Of a stretch of 20,000 bases of DNA, positions 8,616 through 17,348 are shown piece by piece. The stretch lies in the sequence record DRR378314_953. The stretch is one strand, 5' to 3'. The position numbers were made by a program, and so were the translations under genes. Positions within the stretch are counted from its first letter, which is position 1. The number at the start of each line of letters is the position of its first letter. The notes under the pieces were generated by a model. That model made no database searches and was not told the DNA's origin. It was given only the letters and a program-made list of their open reading frames with translations.

Positions 8616-9799
8616 AAAGTGTTAGAATAAAATCCATTTCTAACTTGTTTGGAAAGTTTACAATTATCTTAATAATTACTGGCTTTACCCTTCATTTTCT
8701 AATTGAAGGAATTTCAGGTTTTACGCAAACAAGAAATGTTATTTTAATTTTAGCTTTACTTACTTATCTATCGAAATTACTGTTATCTTCAACGCTGATT
8801 ATTCAAAAGGAAATTTTTATTTATGTTCTTTTTGTTTTCCCCATAACAATTTTCTCAATAGGATTTTGGTATTCTTTAGCTGAGATTAACGTGTATATTA
8901 CATTGTTTATAGCGCTTGTAATGATAACATGTGATTTTGAATTTTTTAAAAAAACAACCATAGTTTTAACTTATATAATATTATTATTAGTTCTTTATGA
9001 GTTTTTTACAAAGACTTATGTTTTTGTTGTCCATCGCAATACTGAATGGGGATACAAATCCCTAGACCCTGTTTTTTTCGGAGGTCTTTCAAAAGTTTTT
9101 AGAGCAAAAGGTTTATTTGAAGGACCATTAGCGTTAACACAATTTGCAATTGGTATAGCATTTTTATTTCGTGATAAATTAAAAATTATACTTATAGCCA
9201 TTTTACTTGCTATTCTTGCCAATGGACGTTTAGGAATTGTGATTTGTTCTTCCATTTTAGGCTTATATTTTATCAATAAATATGGCCTTATCCGTTTTTT
9301 TATTAGTAAAAAAGGTCTAAGGATTTTACTTGGAGTTTTTATTTTATTCTTCACTTTTGGTCATTATTTTATTAACGAAAAAACCATAGAAAGGTTAAAT
9401 AAAATTTTAAGTACTGAAGATACAGGAAATAGTGCTCGTCTATATTATTGGGGGAAAGCAGTAGAGCTGTTTAGGGAGTACAACATATTTCATAAAATAT
9501 TTGGAAATAGCGGGTATTATAGAGCTATGATTGGAAATAGTGCTGAGAATGGTTGGTTAATGCTTCTTCTAAATAATGGTATTATGGGGTTTTTATATTA
9601 TATCATTCCTTTAATTATAATAAGTTGGATGAGTTTTAAATTAAAAAAAATATATTACTATCATATGTTTCTTTTATTTATCTGTATGTTTATTCAAACA
9701 TTTCACTTAGGCGCATTGGCTAGTTTATTTTATTGGATAATTATTTATTCGTTTTATTTAGAATTAAAATCTTTAAACAAAAATGCGCCTACGAATTAA
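8612..9799 (+). CDS. Polytopic membrane protein, probable Wzy polymerase (O-antigen polymerase/ligase superfamily)
   Basis: About 10 hydrophobic segments, periplasmic-loop motifs FRAKGLFEGP and GNSARLYYWG..IFGNSG..SAENGWL..LLNNGIMG. ATGA overlap with the upstream gene. Confidence 0.65.
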   Translation: MKSVRIKSISNLFGKFTIILIITGFTLHFLIEGISGFTQTRNVILILALLTYLSKLLLSSTLIIQKEIFIYVLFVFPITIFSIGFWYSLAEINVYITLFIALVMITCDFEFFKKTTIVLTYIILLLVLYEFFTKTYVFVVHRNTEWGYKSLDPVFFGGLSKVFRAKGLFEGPLALTQFAIGIAFLFRDKLKIILIAILLAILANGRLGIVICSSILGLYFINKYGLIRFFISKKGLRILLGVFILFFTFGHYFINEKTIERLNKILSTEDTGNSARLYYWGKAVELFREYNIFHKIFGNSGYYRAMIGNSAENGWLMLLLNNGIMGFLYYIIPLIIISWMSFKLKKIYYYHMFLLFICMFIQTFHLGALASLFYWIIIYSFYLELKSLNKNAPTN

Positions 9800-10829
9800 T
9801 GTTATCTTGATTACCTGTTTTGCCTTATTTTACGCATGTAAAAGAGAAAAATATAATAAAACTGATATATCTACGTATTTACCGTACAATGATTCTCTTT
9901 ATACTCTGTTTCCAAAATATAAAGTAGGTGATTGTAGACGCTATGGAGTTTTTCCAGATTCTTCAAATAATAGACTTCATAAAAACACACAGAAAAGTTT
10001 AATCAATTCTATAATAAGTTTTGCTGAAAAATTTAAAGACACGGTTTATTTTCCAAGTGGAAATTATGGCGCAAATTTAATTTTAGATTCCAAAAAGGAT
10101 ATAATTTTTAAATTTGATAGTTCAGAATTTAATCTTGTGAATATTACAAACGAAGGAGGCGAAGAATCATCCAATATTAAATTATTGGGTACTATTGTTT
10201 TGTACGATAGATTAGGAACATATAATTCTAACAATATTAAAATAGATTCAGTAATAATTAAATCTGATTTTAATAAAAACTTAAGAAGTTTAAGAAGTCG
10301 AGGTTGCCGCATTTATAAAGGCTCAAAAAATATAAGCATTGAATATCTTGAAATACATGATTTAGGATCTGGGGGAAAGGTTTATCAAAACAATCATGCA
10401 GCATTAGCTATTGGTGCTTTAAGGGATTCCCCAGAGGAAATAAGTATAAAAGAAGTATATATTAAATCTTCAGACCGCCATGGAGCTTTTATTTCAGGAA
10501 CTAACATTAAAATAAATAATATTACAATAGAAAAATATGCGCAAGGTTCTGTTGGTGAAATGAGTGCAATGCAAGGAACACAAAAGGGTGAAGAATTTAT
10601 ACTTTCTGGATTGTGGATTAATAGATGTAATTATTGTGAGTTCGATATAGTGAATATACACACAAAATATTCTAAAAATGGTTTTCCTCTAAAACTAGAC
10701 GAAGGGAATGTTAGTAAACCAACTTTTATTGAAAATTTGGAGTTGGATCTGAAATATACCGACACTTTAGTTGTTGATGACATTTTAACAAATGTTCTTG
10801 TAAAACGCATCAAGGATATAAAAGAATGA
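9783..10829 (+). CDS. Lipoprotein with predicted right-handed beta-helix (pectin-lyase-like) fold, function unknown
   Basis: Signal peptide MRLRINVILITCFALFYA-C (lipobox Cys19). N-terminal VGDCRRYGVFPD...TVYFPSGNY resembles the Pectate_lyase_3 start. Repeated S-x-NI-x-I strands (SSNIKL, SNNIKID, SKNISIE, GTNIKINNITI). Confidence 0.6.
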   Translation: MRLRINVILITCFALFYACKREKYNKTDISTYLPYNDSLYTLFPKYKVGDCRRYGVFPDSSNNRLHKNTQKSLINSIISFAEKFKDTVYFPSGNYGANLILDSKKDIIFKFDSSEFNLVNITNEGGEESSNIKLLGTIVLYDRLGTYNSNNIKIDSVIIKSDFNKNLRSLRSRGCRIYKGSKNISIEYLEIHDLGSGGKVYQNNHAALAIGALRDSPEEISIKEVYIKSSDRHGAFISGTNIKINNITIEKYAQGSVGEMSAMQGTQKGEEFILSGLWINRCNYCEFDIVNIHTKYSKNGFPLKLDEGNVSKPTFIENLELDLKYTDTLVVDDILTNVLVKRIKDIKE

Positions 10830-12067
10830 TAAAGTTTAAAATCCTATTTTTTGAGCAAAGATCGTATATTTATGTCAGTCTTATTTTTCTTGCCTTAATG
10901 TCTTTTGCTCTATCGTATGCATTATTGTCTGTTTTTTCTTTTCTTTTAGTATTGTTTTATTTTATCGATGAAAAGAGCAAAATAATTTCAAAATTAAAAG
11001 GAGTAAAAACTAATAAGATAGTTTTGCTATATATTTTATTTTTTAGTTGCCAACTCATCGGGTTAATATATTCGTCAAACTTGGATTACGGACTTAAAAG
11101 AATCAACACTTTATTGCCCTTGCTTTTTTTGCCGGCTATAATTTACACTGAGGAATTAAATAAACATCTACTTTATAAAGCTTTATCATTTTTAAGACTA
11201 TTCTTACTATTGGTGTTTTTTTATTTTTTAATAATTCATGTAATTGTTGAAGAAAGAGCCCTTCATACTTATGTTTTATATGTGTTGATAGAGAAATTGG
11301 GAATTAGTCAATTTTATATGATTTTTATAATGACAATACCCATCCTATTCACTTTAGACGAATTATTTAATCGAAAGCAAGTATTACTTAACATTTTTAT
11401 CTTGGCACTATGGTTGTTTTTTGTTTTTTTATTAACCAATAAAACTGCATTAGTAATGTTGTTTCTAATTTTTACAATAAGGTTAATGGATTTTTTTAAA
11501 AGAAGGAGCACATTTTTTAAGTTGAATATTTTAGCTTTTGTGACTTTACTATTAGTAGTATTAGCATACAATACAACTGGAATTAGTCAAAAATTAGATG
11601 TTTTAACAAAAACAACTGATTTCGATATTGAAATAATTAAGACAAAAAACAAGGTAACTTTCACAAATAATACTCTTGAACATAGGATTTTAATAAATTA
11701 TTTAGCTTTAAATGAAATTGCAAATAGCTTTCCTTTAGGAGTTGGCATTGGAGATTATCAAGACGTACTAAACAAAAATTATCAAAAGATACGTTTCAAA
11801 TCAGCAATGAAACAAGGATATAATAATCACAATCAATATGTATCAGAGTTCTTAAAAACAGGTTTACTAGGAGGTTGCATCTTTTTGATTTTACTTTTTT
11901 ATTTATTTAAATCATCAAATATAAACAATGAATATTATTTAATTTTATTGCTTTTATTCTCAGTTGGTTGTTTTTTTGAATCTTACTTAGATAGACAGCA
12001 CGGTGTATTTATCTTCAGCTTTTTCATACCTCTATTTTACAAATATGATGAATTTGAGTCAAATTAA
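10826..12067 (+). CDS. O-antigen ligase family protein (WaaL / Wzy_C domain)
   Basis: About 11-12 TM segments and HRILIN...FPLGVGIGDY...YNNHNQY..EFLKTGLLG (conserved Arg, GxG and HNQY), then FFESYLDRQHG. Confidence 0.8.
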   Translation: MIKFKILFFEQRSYIYVSLIFLALMSFALSYALLSVFSFLLVLFYFIDEKSKIISKLKGVKTNKIVLLYILFFSCQLIGLIYSSNLDYGLKRINTLLPLLFLPAIIYTEELNKHLLYKALSFLRLFLLLVFFYFLIIHVIVEERALHTYVLYVLIEKLGISQFYMIFIMTIPILFTLDELFNRKQVLLNIFILALWLFFVFLLTNKTALVMLFLIFTIRLMDFFKRRSTFFKLNILAFVTLLLVVLAYNTTGISQKLDVLTKTTDFDIEIIKTKNKVTFTNNTLEHRILINYLALNEIANSFPLGVGIGDYQDVLNKNYQKIRFKSAMKQGYNNHNQYVSEFLKTGLLGGCIFLILLFYLFKSSNINNEYYLILLLLFSVGCFFESYLDRQHGVFIFSFFIPLFYKYDEFESN

Positions 12068-12154
12068 TAGACACATATGATCAGTAAATATCATATGGGA
12101 GAAAAAATATTTTTTTTTAATCAACTGGAATTCAACTCCTAGAACTTAATTGAG

Positions 12155-13399
12155 GTGATAAAAAAATACGGCTCCTTTATAATTAGCTTTTTGTTCACAA
12201 AATGCACGGTCTATTCAGTGCCTTTGTTATTAGCAGATATGCTATCCGCAAATGATTTTGGCGTTATGGAATATGCTTTGGCAGGTTTAGGGTTCGTTGT
12301 GAACGCCATTATAAGTTTAGGAGTTCCTGGCGGTTATCCTTTTTTTATTTTAAAACAAAAAGAAAAAACAATAATTAATGGCTTTTTGTTGCATCCCCTT
12401 TGGTTGTTATTGCTATTTATTATCAATCAAGGGTGCTTTTATATCTTCGATTTTAAATTAGAATATTATATGGCTTTAAATGTTTCCTATATTATCGCTA
12501 ATCAAGTGTTTTATTCTACACAGTTAAAAAGTCATGAAAATCCTAGTAAAGCCATATTTTTAGACTCGGGGGTGTATTTGGTTTTAGCATTGCTTATAGT
12601 AAGTAATCAATTTGCTTGGCTAACTTTATCATTAGAAACTATAAGTTTTTTTATTGTATGTTATGCGGGAATTTTTGGGTTTACGGCAATTTATAAATTT
12701 ATAAAGGGCAATAAAGCCAATATTACGGTTCATTATAAAACTATAATAAACTATAGTATAAACGTAATGTTAGGAACCTTTCTGATTTTTTTAATAACAT
12801 CTTCTGGGCGTATTTTAGCAGAATATTTTTTTTCTTTTAATGAAGTAGCTATCTATGGGTTTTACTTTAGGTTATCCGCAATTGTAGTTATGGTATACCA
12901 AATGATAAATATTATTTATTTTAAAAAAATATATACATTAGACCCTACCATTTTAGATAAATATTATAGTTTATTTTTTTTTGGAATATTTGTTTTATCC
13001 CTTTTAGTGTTTTTCTCTGTTCCTTTCTTTTTAGCCTCTTTGTCTGATTTTTTTAAAGAAACTTTTGCATTCTATAAGAAGGTTTATTTCCTGTTATCTG
13101 CGCAGATGGTAATGTGGATTGCTACTGCTTTAAATTCGAGTATTATTGATAGAGAGAATCTTGTTAAAAATAATAATTATAAGTTTTTGGTTTTAGTCCT
13201 TATAGGTGTATTTGTCCTCTTATTTATGAAAACTAACTTAACTTTGGAGTTGTTGGTTTTTATTCATTATACCATAATATTTATTGCAACACTAATTCAA
13301 TATCATAGTTTAGTGAAAGGAGGTATTAGTTTTGTAAATGCAAAAAGGGTTTTAATTATGGTGTATATACTAACAACAGGATATTATTTTTTGAAATAA
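12155..13399 (+). CDS. Probable Wzx oligosaccharide flippase (MOP superfamily)
   Basis: About 12 TM segments. VPLLLADMLSANDFGVMEY and FSFNEVAIYGFYFRL match the two Wzx half-repeats. GTG start is uncertain. Confidence 0.7.
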   Translation: MIKKYGSFIISFLFTKCTVYSVPLLLADMLSANDFGVMEYALAGLGFVVNAIISLGVPGGYPFFILKQKEKTIINGFLLHPLWLLLLFIINQGCFYIFDFKLEYYMALNVSYIIANQVFYSTQLKSHENPSKAIFLDSGVYLVLALLIVSNQFAWLTLSLETISFFIVCYAGIFGFTAIYKFIKGNKANITVHYKTIINYSINVMLGTFLIFLITSSGRILAEYFFSFNEVAIYGFYFRLSAIVVMVYQMINIIYFKKIYTLDPTILDKYYSLFFFGIFVLSLLVFFSVPFFLASLSDFFKETFAFYKKVYFLLSAQMVMWIATALNSSIIDRENLVKNNNYKFLVLVLIGVFVLLFMKTNLTLELLVFIHYTIIFIATLIQYHSLVKGGISFVNAKRVLIMVYILTTGYYFLK

Positions 13400-13445
13400 A
13401 TGAAAAACATACAATTCAGTTATAGGGACTCGTAATAAGTAAAAT

Positions 13446-14561
13446 ATGAAAAAGGCATTAGTGCACGATTGGTATTACGTAAATGGAGGGGCAGAAAAGG
13501 TTATCCAGTCTTTTAATAATATTTGGAAAGATTTTGAGCACTATGGCCTTGTCGATTTTTTATCCGAAATAGATAGAGCTTATATCCTTGATGGGAAAAA
13601 GGTAAATACTAGTTTTATACAAAAATTGCCTACAGCAAAATCCAATCACAGAAAGTTTCTTCAACTGTTTCCTTATGCAATAGAACAGTTTAACTTATCT
13701 GAATATGATTTAATTCTTAGCTCTTCAGCCTCTATTGCCAAAGGAGTACTAACACATCAGGATCAATTGCATATATGCTATTGTCATTCTCCCATGCGCT
13801 ATGCCTGGGATTTATACCATCAATATCTTAAGGAAGCAGGCTTAAATAAAGGGGTAAAGGGCATGTATGCCAAATATGTGTTGCATAAAATGCGAAATTG
13901 GGATATTAACTCTACTAATCGGGTAGACTATTTTATTGCAAATTCGGAATATATTGCAAGGAGGATTAAGAAGGTGTACAGAAGGGAATCTAAAGTTATA
14001 TATCCCCCGGTTAATACTAGAGCATTTACTTTTATGGCACAAAAGGACGATTTTTATTTTACAGCTTCAAGAATGGTTCCCTATAAAAAAATTGACCTTA
14101 TCGTACATGCTTTTAATGATATGCCTTCTAAAAAATTGGTAGTCGCAGGAACTGGTCCAGATTTTGAAAAAATCAAAAAAATAGCAAAAAAAAATATCGA
14201 ATTTCTAGGGTTTATTTCAGACGATGAACTAAAGAAAAATATGCAAGAAGCAAGGGCCTTTGTTTTCGCAGCCGAAGAAGATTTTGGTATTGTTCCTGTA
14301 GAAGCTCAGGCCTGTGGTACTCCGGTGATTGGTTTCGGAAAAGGAGGCTTGTTAGAAACAGTATTGCCTAATAAAACGGGGATTTTTTTTAAAGAACAAA
14401 CTTTAACTTCATTAATTGAGGCTGTGACTTATTTTGAAAAAATAAAATTCGATGCGGAATTAATTAGTCTTCATGCGGAAAAATTTTCAAAAGAACGGTT
14501 TGAACAGGAAATAAAAGTTTATGTTGAAAATCGGTATTCTGATTTTTGCACGGGTCGATGA
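13446..14561 (+). CDS. Family 4 glycosyltransferase (WbaZ-like, possibly a mannosyltransferase)
   Basis: ALVHDW..NGGAEKV, CYCHSPMRYAWD, VIYPPV, SRMVPYKKID and EEDFGIVPVEAQACGTPVI (GT4 E-x7-E). Confidence 0.92.
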   Translation: MKKALVHDWYYVNGGAEKVIQSFNNIWKDFEHYGLVDFLSEIDRAYILDGKKVNTSFIQKLPTAKSNHRKFLQLFPYAIEQFNLSEYDLILSSSASIAKGVLTHQDQLHICYCHSPMRYAWDLYHQYLKEAGLNKGVKGMYAKYVLHKMRNWDINSTNRVDYFIANSEYIARRIKKVYRRESKVIYPPVNTRAFTFMAQKDDFYFTASRMVPYKKIDLIVHAFNDMPSKKLVVAGTGPDFEKIKKIAKKNIEFLGFISDDELKKNMQEARAFVFAAEEDFGIVPVEAQACGTPVIGFGKGGLLETVLPNKTGIFFKEQTLTSLIEAVTYFEKIKFDAELISLHAEKFSKERFEQEIKVYVENRYSDFCTGR

Positions 14562-14577
14562 TTTTTACTTGGGTCGA
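14540..14577. repeat. Imperfect 2 x 19-bp tandem repeat spanning the GT4 stop codon
   Basis: TGATTTTTGCACGGGTCGA (14540-14558) then TGATTTTTACTTGGGTCGA (14559-14577); 16/19 identical. Confidence 0.75.
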
Positions 14578-14658
14578 TTCTAATACCTATTCTAGACTTC
14601 AATTTTATTGATTACAATATTACCAAACATTGCCCTCGGTGGATTTGTTTTTAAAAAT

Positions 14659-14666
14659 TATCTTTG
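14659..14666 (+). promoter_or_regulatory. Candidate Bacteroidota primary-sigma -7 element upstream of the WcaJ-like gene
   Basis: TATCTTTG matches TAnnTTTG, 37 nt before ATG 14704. No clean -33 TTTG at canonical spacing. Confidence 0.55.
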
Positions 14667-14703
14667 TCCCAGTTGACAACCTTAATAGTACGGCTTAAAA
14701 TTA

Positions 14704-16056
14704 ATGTTTTCTAGAAGACACCGTTATTCCAGCTTAATTACCCCCTTATCATATGGGGTGGATTTATTAGTGATTAATATTTTTGCCAATATTCTACCCA
14801 TCAACTTTCAGTACCCATTACTTTTTCACAGTTATCTGACCTTGGCTTGGATAATACTGTCTTTTAAGAACAACTTTTACGTAGTTTATAGGTATACAAA
14901 AGTATCCTATCTTTTAAAACTACTTTTTAACCAATTCGTCTTTTTCTTTTTAATATTATACGCCTTCATAGGGTTTTTCAAACAACCAAATATGAGTAGG
15001 TTGGCCCTTGGAGAATATTTTGTTTCTGTTGGGCTTGCCATTTTTACCATTAAATTCTTGAATTATGTTCTTTTAATGAAATACCGGGAGAGCGTAAAAG
15101 GGAATATGAGAAATGTGGTGGTCATTGGTAAGAACAAAAAAACCGATCAATTAATCGATGTTTTTAATGATCGTAGGGAGTATGGGTATCATTTTATGAA
15201 ACAGTTCTGTCCTTCGGACCCTTCATTTGATATATACAAGACTTTCGTTTATATAGTCGAGAATAATATCGACGAAATTTATTGCTCAGTCTCAGAACTA
15301 AAGAACAATCAAATAGCGGAATTTATCAACTTTGCCGATAATAATCTAAAAACCCTGAAATTTATACCGGACAATAAAAACATTTTCTCTAAAAAGCTCA
15401 CCTTTGAATACTACGATTATATTCCAATCCTATCGTTGCGGGATATTCCCCTGCACAATCCTTTAAACTCTGCCTTAAAAAGAGGTTTCGATATCGTATT
15501 TTCATTAATTGTGGTGGTTGGAATTCTTTCATGGTTAGCACCAATAATTGCTCTCATTATCAGATTGGAAACAAAAGGACCTGTATATTTCCGACAAAAA
15601 AGAAATGGAATAGACAATAAGGAATTCTATTGTTATAAATTTAGGTCCATGGCCCCCAATGAACATGCCGATAGTCTTATGGCCGTTAAAAATGACATGC
15701 GTACCACCAAGGTGGGCAAATTTATCCGCAGAACGAGCATCGACGAACTTCCTCAGTTTTATAATGTCCTGTTTGGAAATATGTCTGTTGTTGGTCCGCG
15801 CCCCCATATGGTTAAACACACCAATGAATTTGCCAACAAAGTAGATAAATACATGCTACGCCATTTTGTTAAACCGGGCATAACAGGTCTAGCTCAAGTT
15901 AGGGGGTATAGGGGTGAAATAGAAACGGATATCGATATTTTAAACCGTACCAAGTTTGATATTTTCTATATTGAAAACTGGTCACTATTCATGGATCTAA
16001 AAATTATTGTTCAGACAATTCTGAATGCAATTTCCGGAGAGAAAAAAGCCTACTAA
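14704..16056 (+). CDS. wcaJ: Undecaprenyl-phosphate sugar (probably glucose) phosphotransferase, WcaJ-like initiating transferase
   Basis: N-terminal TM domain and CoA-binding-like middle. C-terminal KRGFDIVFS, YKFRSM, RRTSIDELPQFYNVLFGNMSVVGPRPH, VKPGITGLAQV and DIFYIENWS. Confidence 0.88.
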   Translation: MFSRRHRYSSLITPLSYGVDLLVINIFANILPINFQYPLLFHSYLTLAWIILSFKNNFYVVYRYTKVSYLLKLLFNQFVFFFLILYAFIGFFKQPNMSRLALGEYFVSVGLAIFTIKFLNYVLLMKYRESVKGNMRNVVVIGKNKKTDQLIDVFNDRREYGYHFMKQFCPSDPSFDIYKTFVYIVENNIDEIYCSVSELKNNQIAEFINFADNNLKTLKFIPDNKNIFSKKLTFEYYDYIPILSLRDIPLHNPLNSALKRGFDIVFSLIVVVGILSWLAPIIALIIRLETKGPVYFRQKRNGIDNKEFYCYKFRSMAPNEHADSLMAVKNDMRTTKVGKFIRRTSIDELPQFYNVLFGNMSVVGPRPHMVKHTNEFANKVDKYMLRHFVKPGITGLAQVRGYRGEIETDIDILNRTKFDIFYIENWSLFMDLKIIVQTILNAISGEKKAY

Positions 16057-16113
16057 AAAAAGTTTCATCAAAAAGGTTCATATATATATTTAGTGCCTTA
16101 ACTTAAACGACAA

Positions 16114-17091
16114 ATGAAAAAAGTACTTATCACCGGGGCAGCCGGATTTTTGGGATCGCATTTATGCGATCGCTTTATAAAAGAAGGTTATTACGTTATT
16201 GCCATGGATAACCTGATTACCGGTGACCTTAAGAACATTGAACATCTTTTTCCTTTGGAACAATTTGAGTTTCAACACCACGATGTCTCCAAATTTGTAC
16301 ATATTCCTGGTAAGCTCGACTATATCCTGCATTTTGCCTCTCCCGCAAGTCCCATAGATTACTTAAAGATCCCCATTGAAACCCTAAAGGTTGGTTCCTT
16401 GGGTACCTTAAATTTATTGGGCCTTGCCAAAGAAAAAAAAGCCAGGATATTGGTTGCTTCTACTTCGGAGGTGTACGGTGATCCCCTAGTTCACCCACAA
16501 AGTGAAGACTATTACGGTAACGTTAGTCCAATTGGGCCACGTGGGGTTTATGATGAGGCCAAACGATTTATGGAATCCATTACCATGGCCTACCATCGTT
16601 TTCACGGTGTGGATACGAGAATCGTTCGCATTTTCAACACCTATGGGTCCCGTATGCGACTCAACGACGGACGGGTGGTACCTGCCTTTATGGGACAGGC
16701 CCTTAGAGGAGAGGATCTTACCGTTTTTGGGGATGGTACCCAAACAAGATCTTTCTGCTATATAGACGATCAGGTGGAGGGTATCTACCGCTTATTGATG
16801 AGCGACTATACCGATCCCGTAAATATTGGCAATCCACATGAAACAACGATCAAGGAGTTTGCAGAGGAAATTATTAAACTTACTGGAACGGACCAAAAAA
16901 TAATATACAAACCCTTGCCACAAGATGATCCCATGCAGCGTGAACCAGATATTACCAGGGCCAAGGAAATATTAGGATGGGAGCCTAAAGTGAACAGGGC
17001 CGAGGGTCTTAAGAAAGTCTACGATTACTTTAAGTCCCTATCCCCCGAAGAATTACAGAAAAAAGAACATCGGGAATTCTCGGCCAAATAA
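16114..17091 (+). CDS. uxs: UDP-glucuronic acid decarboxylase (UDP-xylose synthase) family SDR
   Basis: [54 protein letters not shown] and PLPQDDP. Confidence 0.9.
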   Translation: MKKVLITGAAGFLGSHLCDRFIKEGYYVIAMDNLITGDLKNIEHLFPLEQFEFQHHDVSKFVHIPGKLDYILHFASPASPIDYLKIPIETLKVGSLGTLNLLGLAKEKKARILVASTSEVYGDPLVHPQSEDYYGNVSPIGPRGVYDEAKRFMESITMAYHRFHGVDTRIVRIFNTYGSRMRLNDGRVVPAFMGQALRGEDLTVFGDGTQTRSFCYIDDQVEGIYRLLMSDYTDPVNIGNPHETTIKEFAEEIIKLTGTDQKIIYKPLPQDDPMQREPDITRAKEILGWEPKVNRAEGLKKVYDYFKSLSPEELQKKEHREFSAK

Positions 17092-17146
17092 AACATTTCA
17101 AGGAATAAAAAATAAGTGAACAAGTGTAGTAACAAGTGGTCAGAAC

Positions 17147-17183
17147 GTAGGATTCAAGGTTGACCTACCATTTTTTCCTTTTT
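17147..17183 (+). terminator. Possible intrinsic terminator of the polysaccharide transcript
   Basis: Imperfect hairpin GTAGG(17147-17151)...CCTAC(17164-17168) with inner TCA/TGA pairing, followed by CATTTTTTCCTTTTT. Confidence 0.35.
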
Positions 17184-17324
17184 ACCCTTTCCCAAGTGTT
17201 CTTTAGCATTTTGTTATAGCATACAGCTTAAAGTCTAATGCTAATCCCTTTAAAAACTTCCAGAAAGACAAAAATCCAACGGATTAATTTTAACCCAAGT
17301 AGGCACATATTCCATTTCAAACCG

Positions 17325-17332
17325 TATTTTTG
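17325..17332 (+). promoter_or_regulatory. Candidate -7 promoter element for purD
   Basis: TATTTTTG matches TAnnTTTG, 16 nt before ATG 17349. Confidence 0.6.
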
Positions 17333-17348
17333 GGGAAATTTTTTAAGA

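Noticed and set aside
17238-17348. ORF-track 37-aa N-terminal extension of purD
   Set aside because: PurD similarity begins at MNILILG (17349), and a -7 promoter motif lies inside the extension.
17092-17348. Purine/ZTP riboswitch upstream of purD
   Set aside because: I recognise no aptamer consensus, and the candidate promoter sits only 16 nt from the start codon, leaving no room for a leader.
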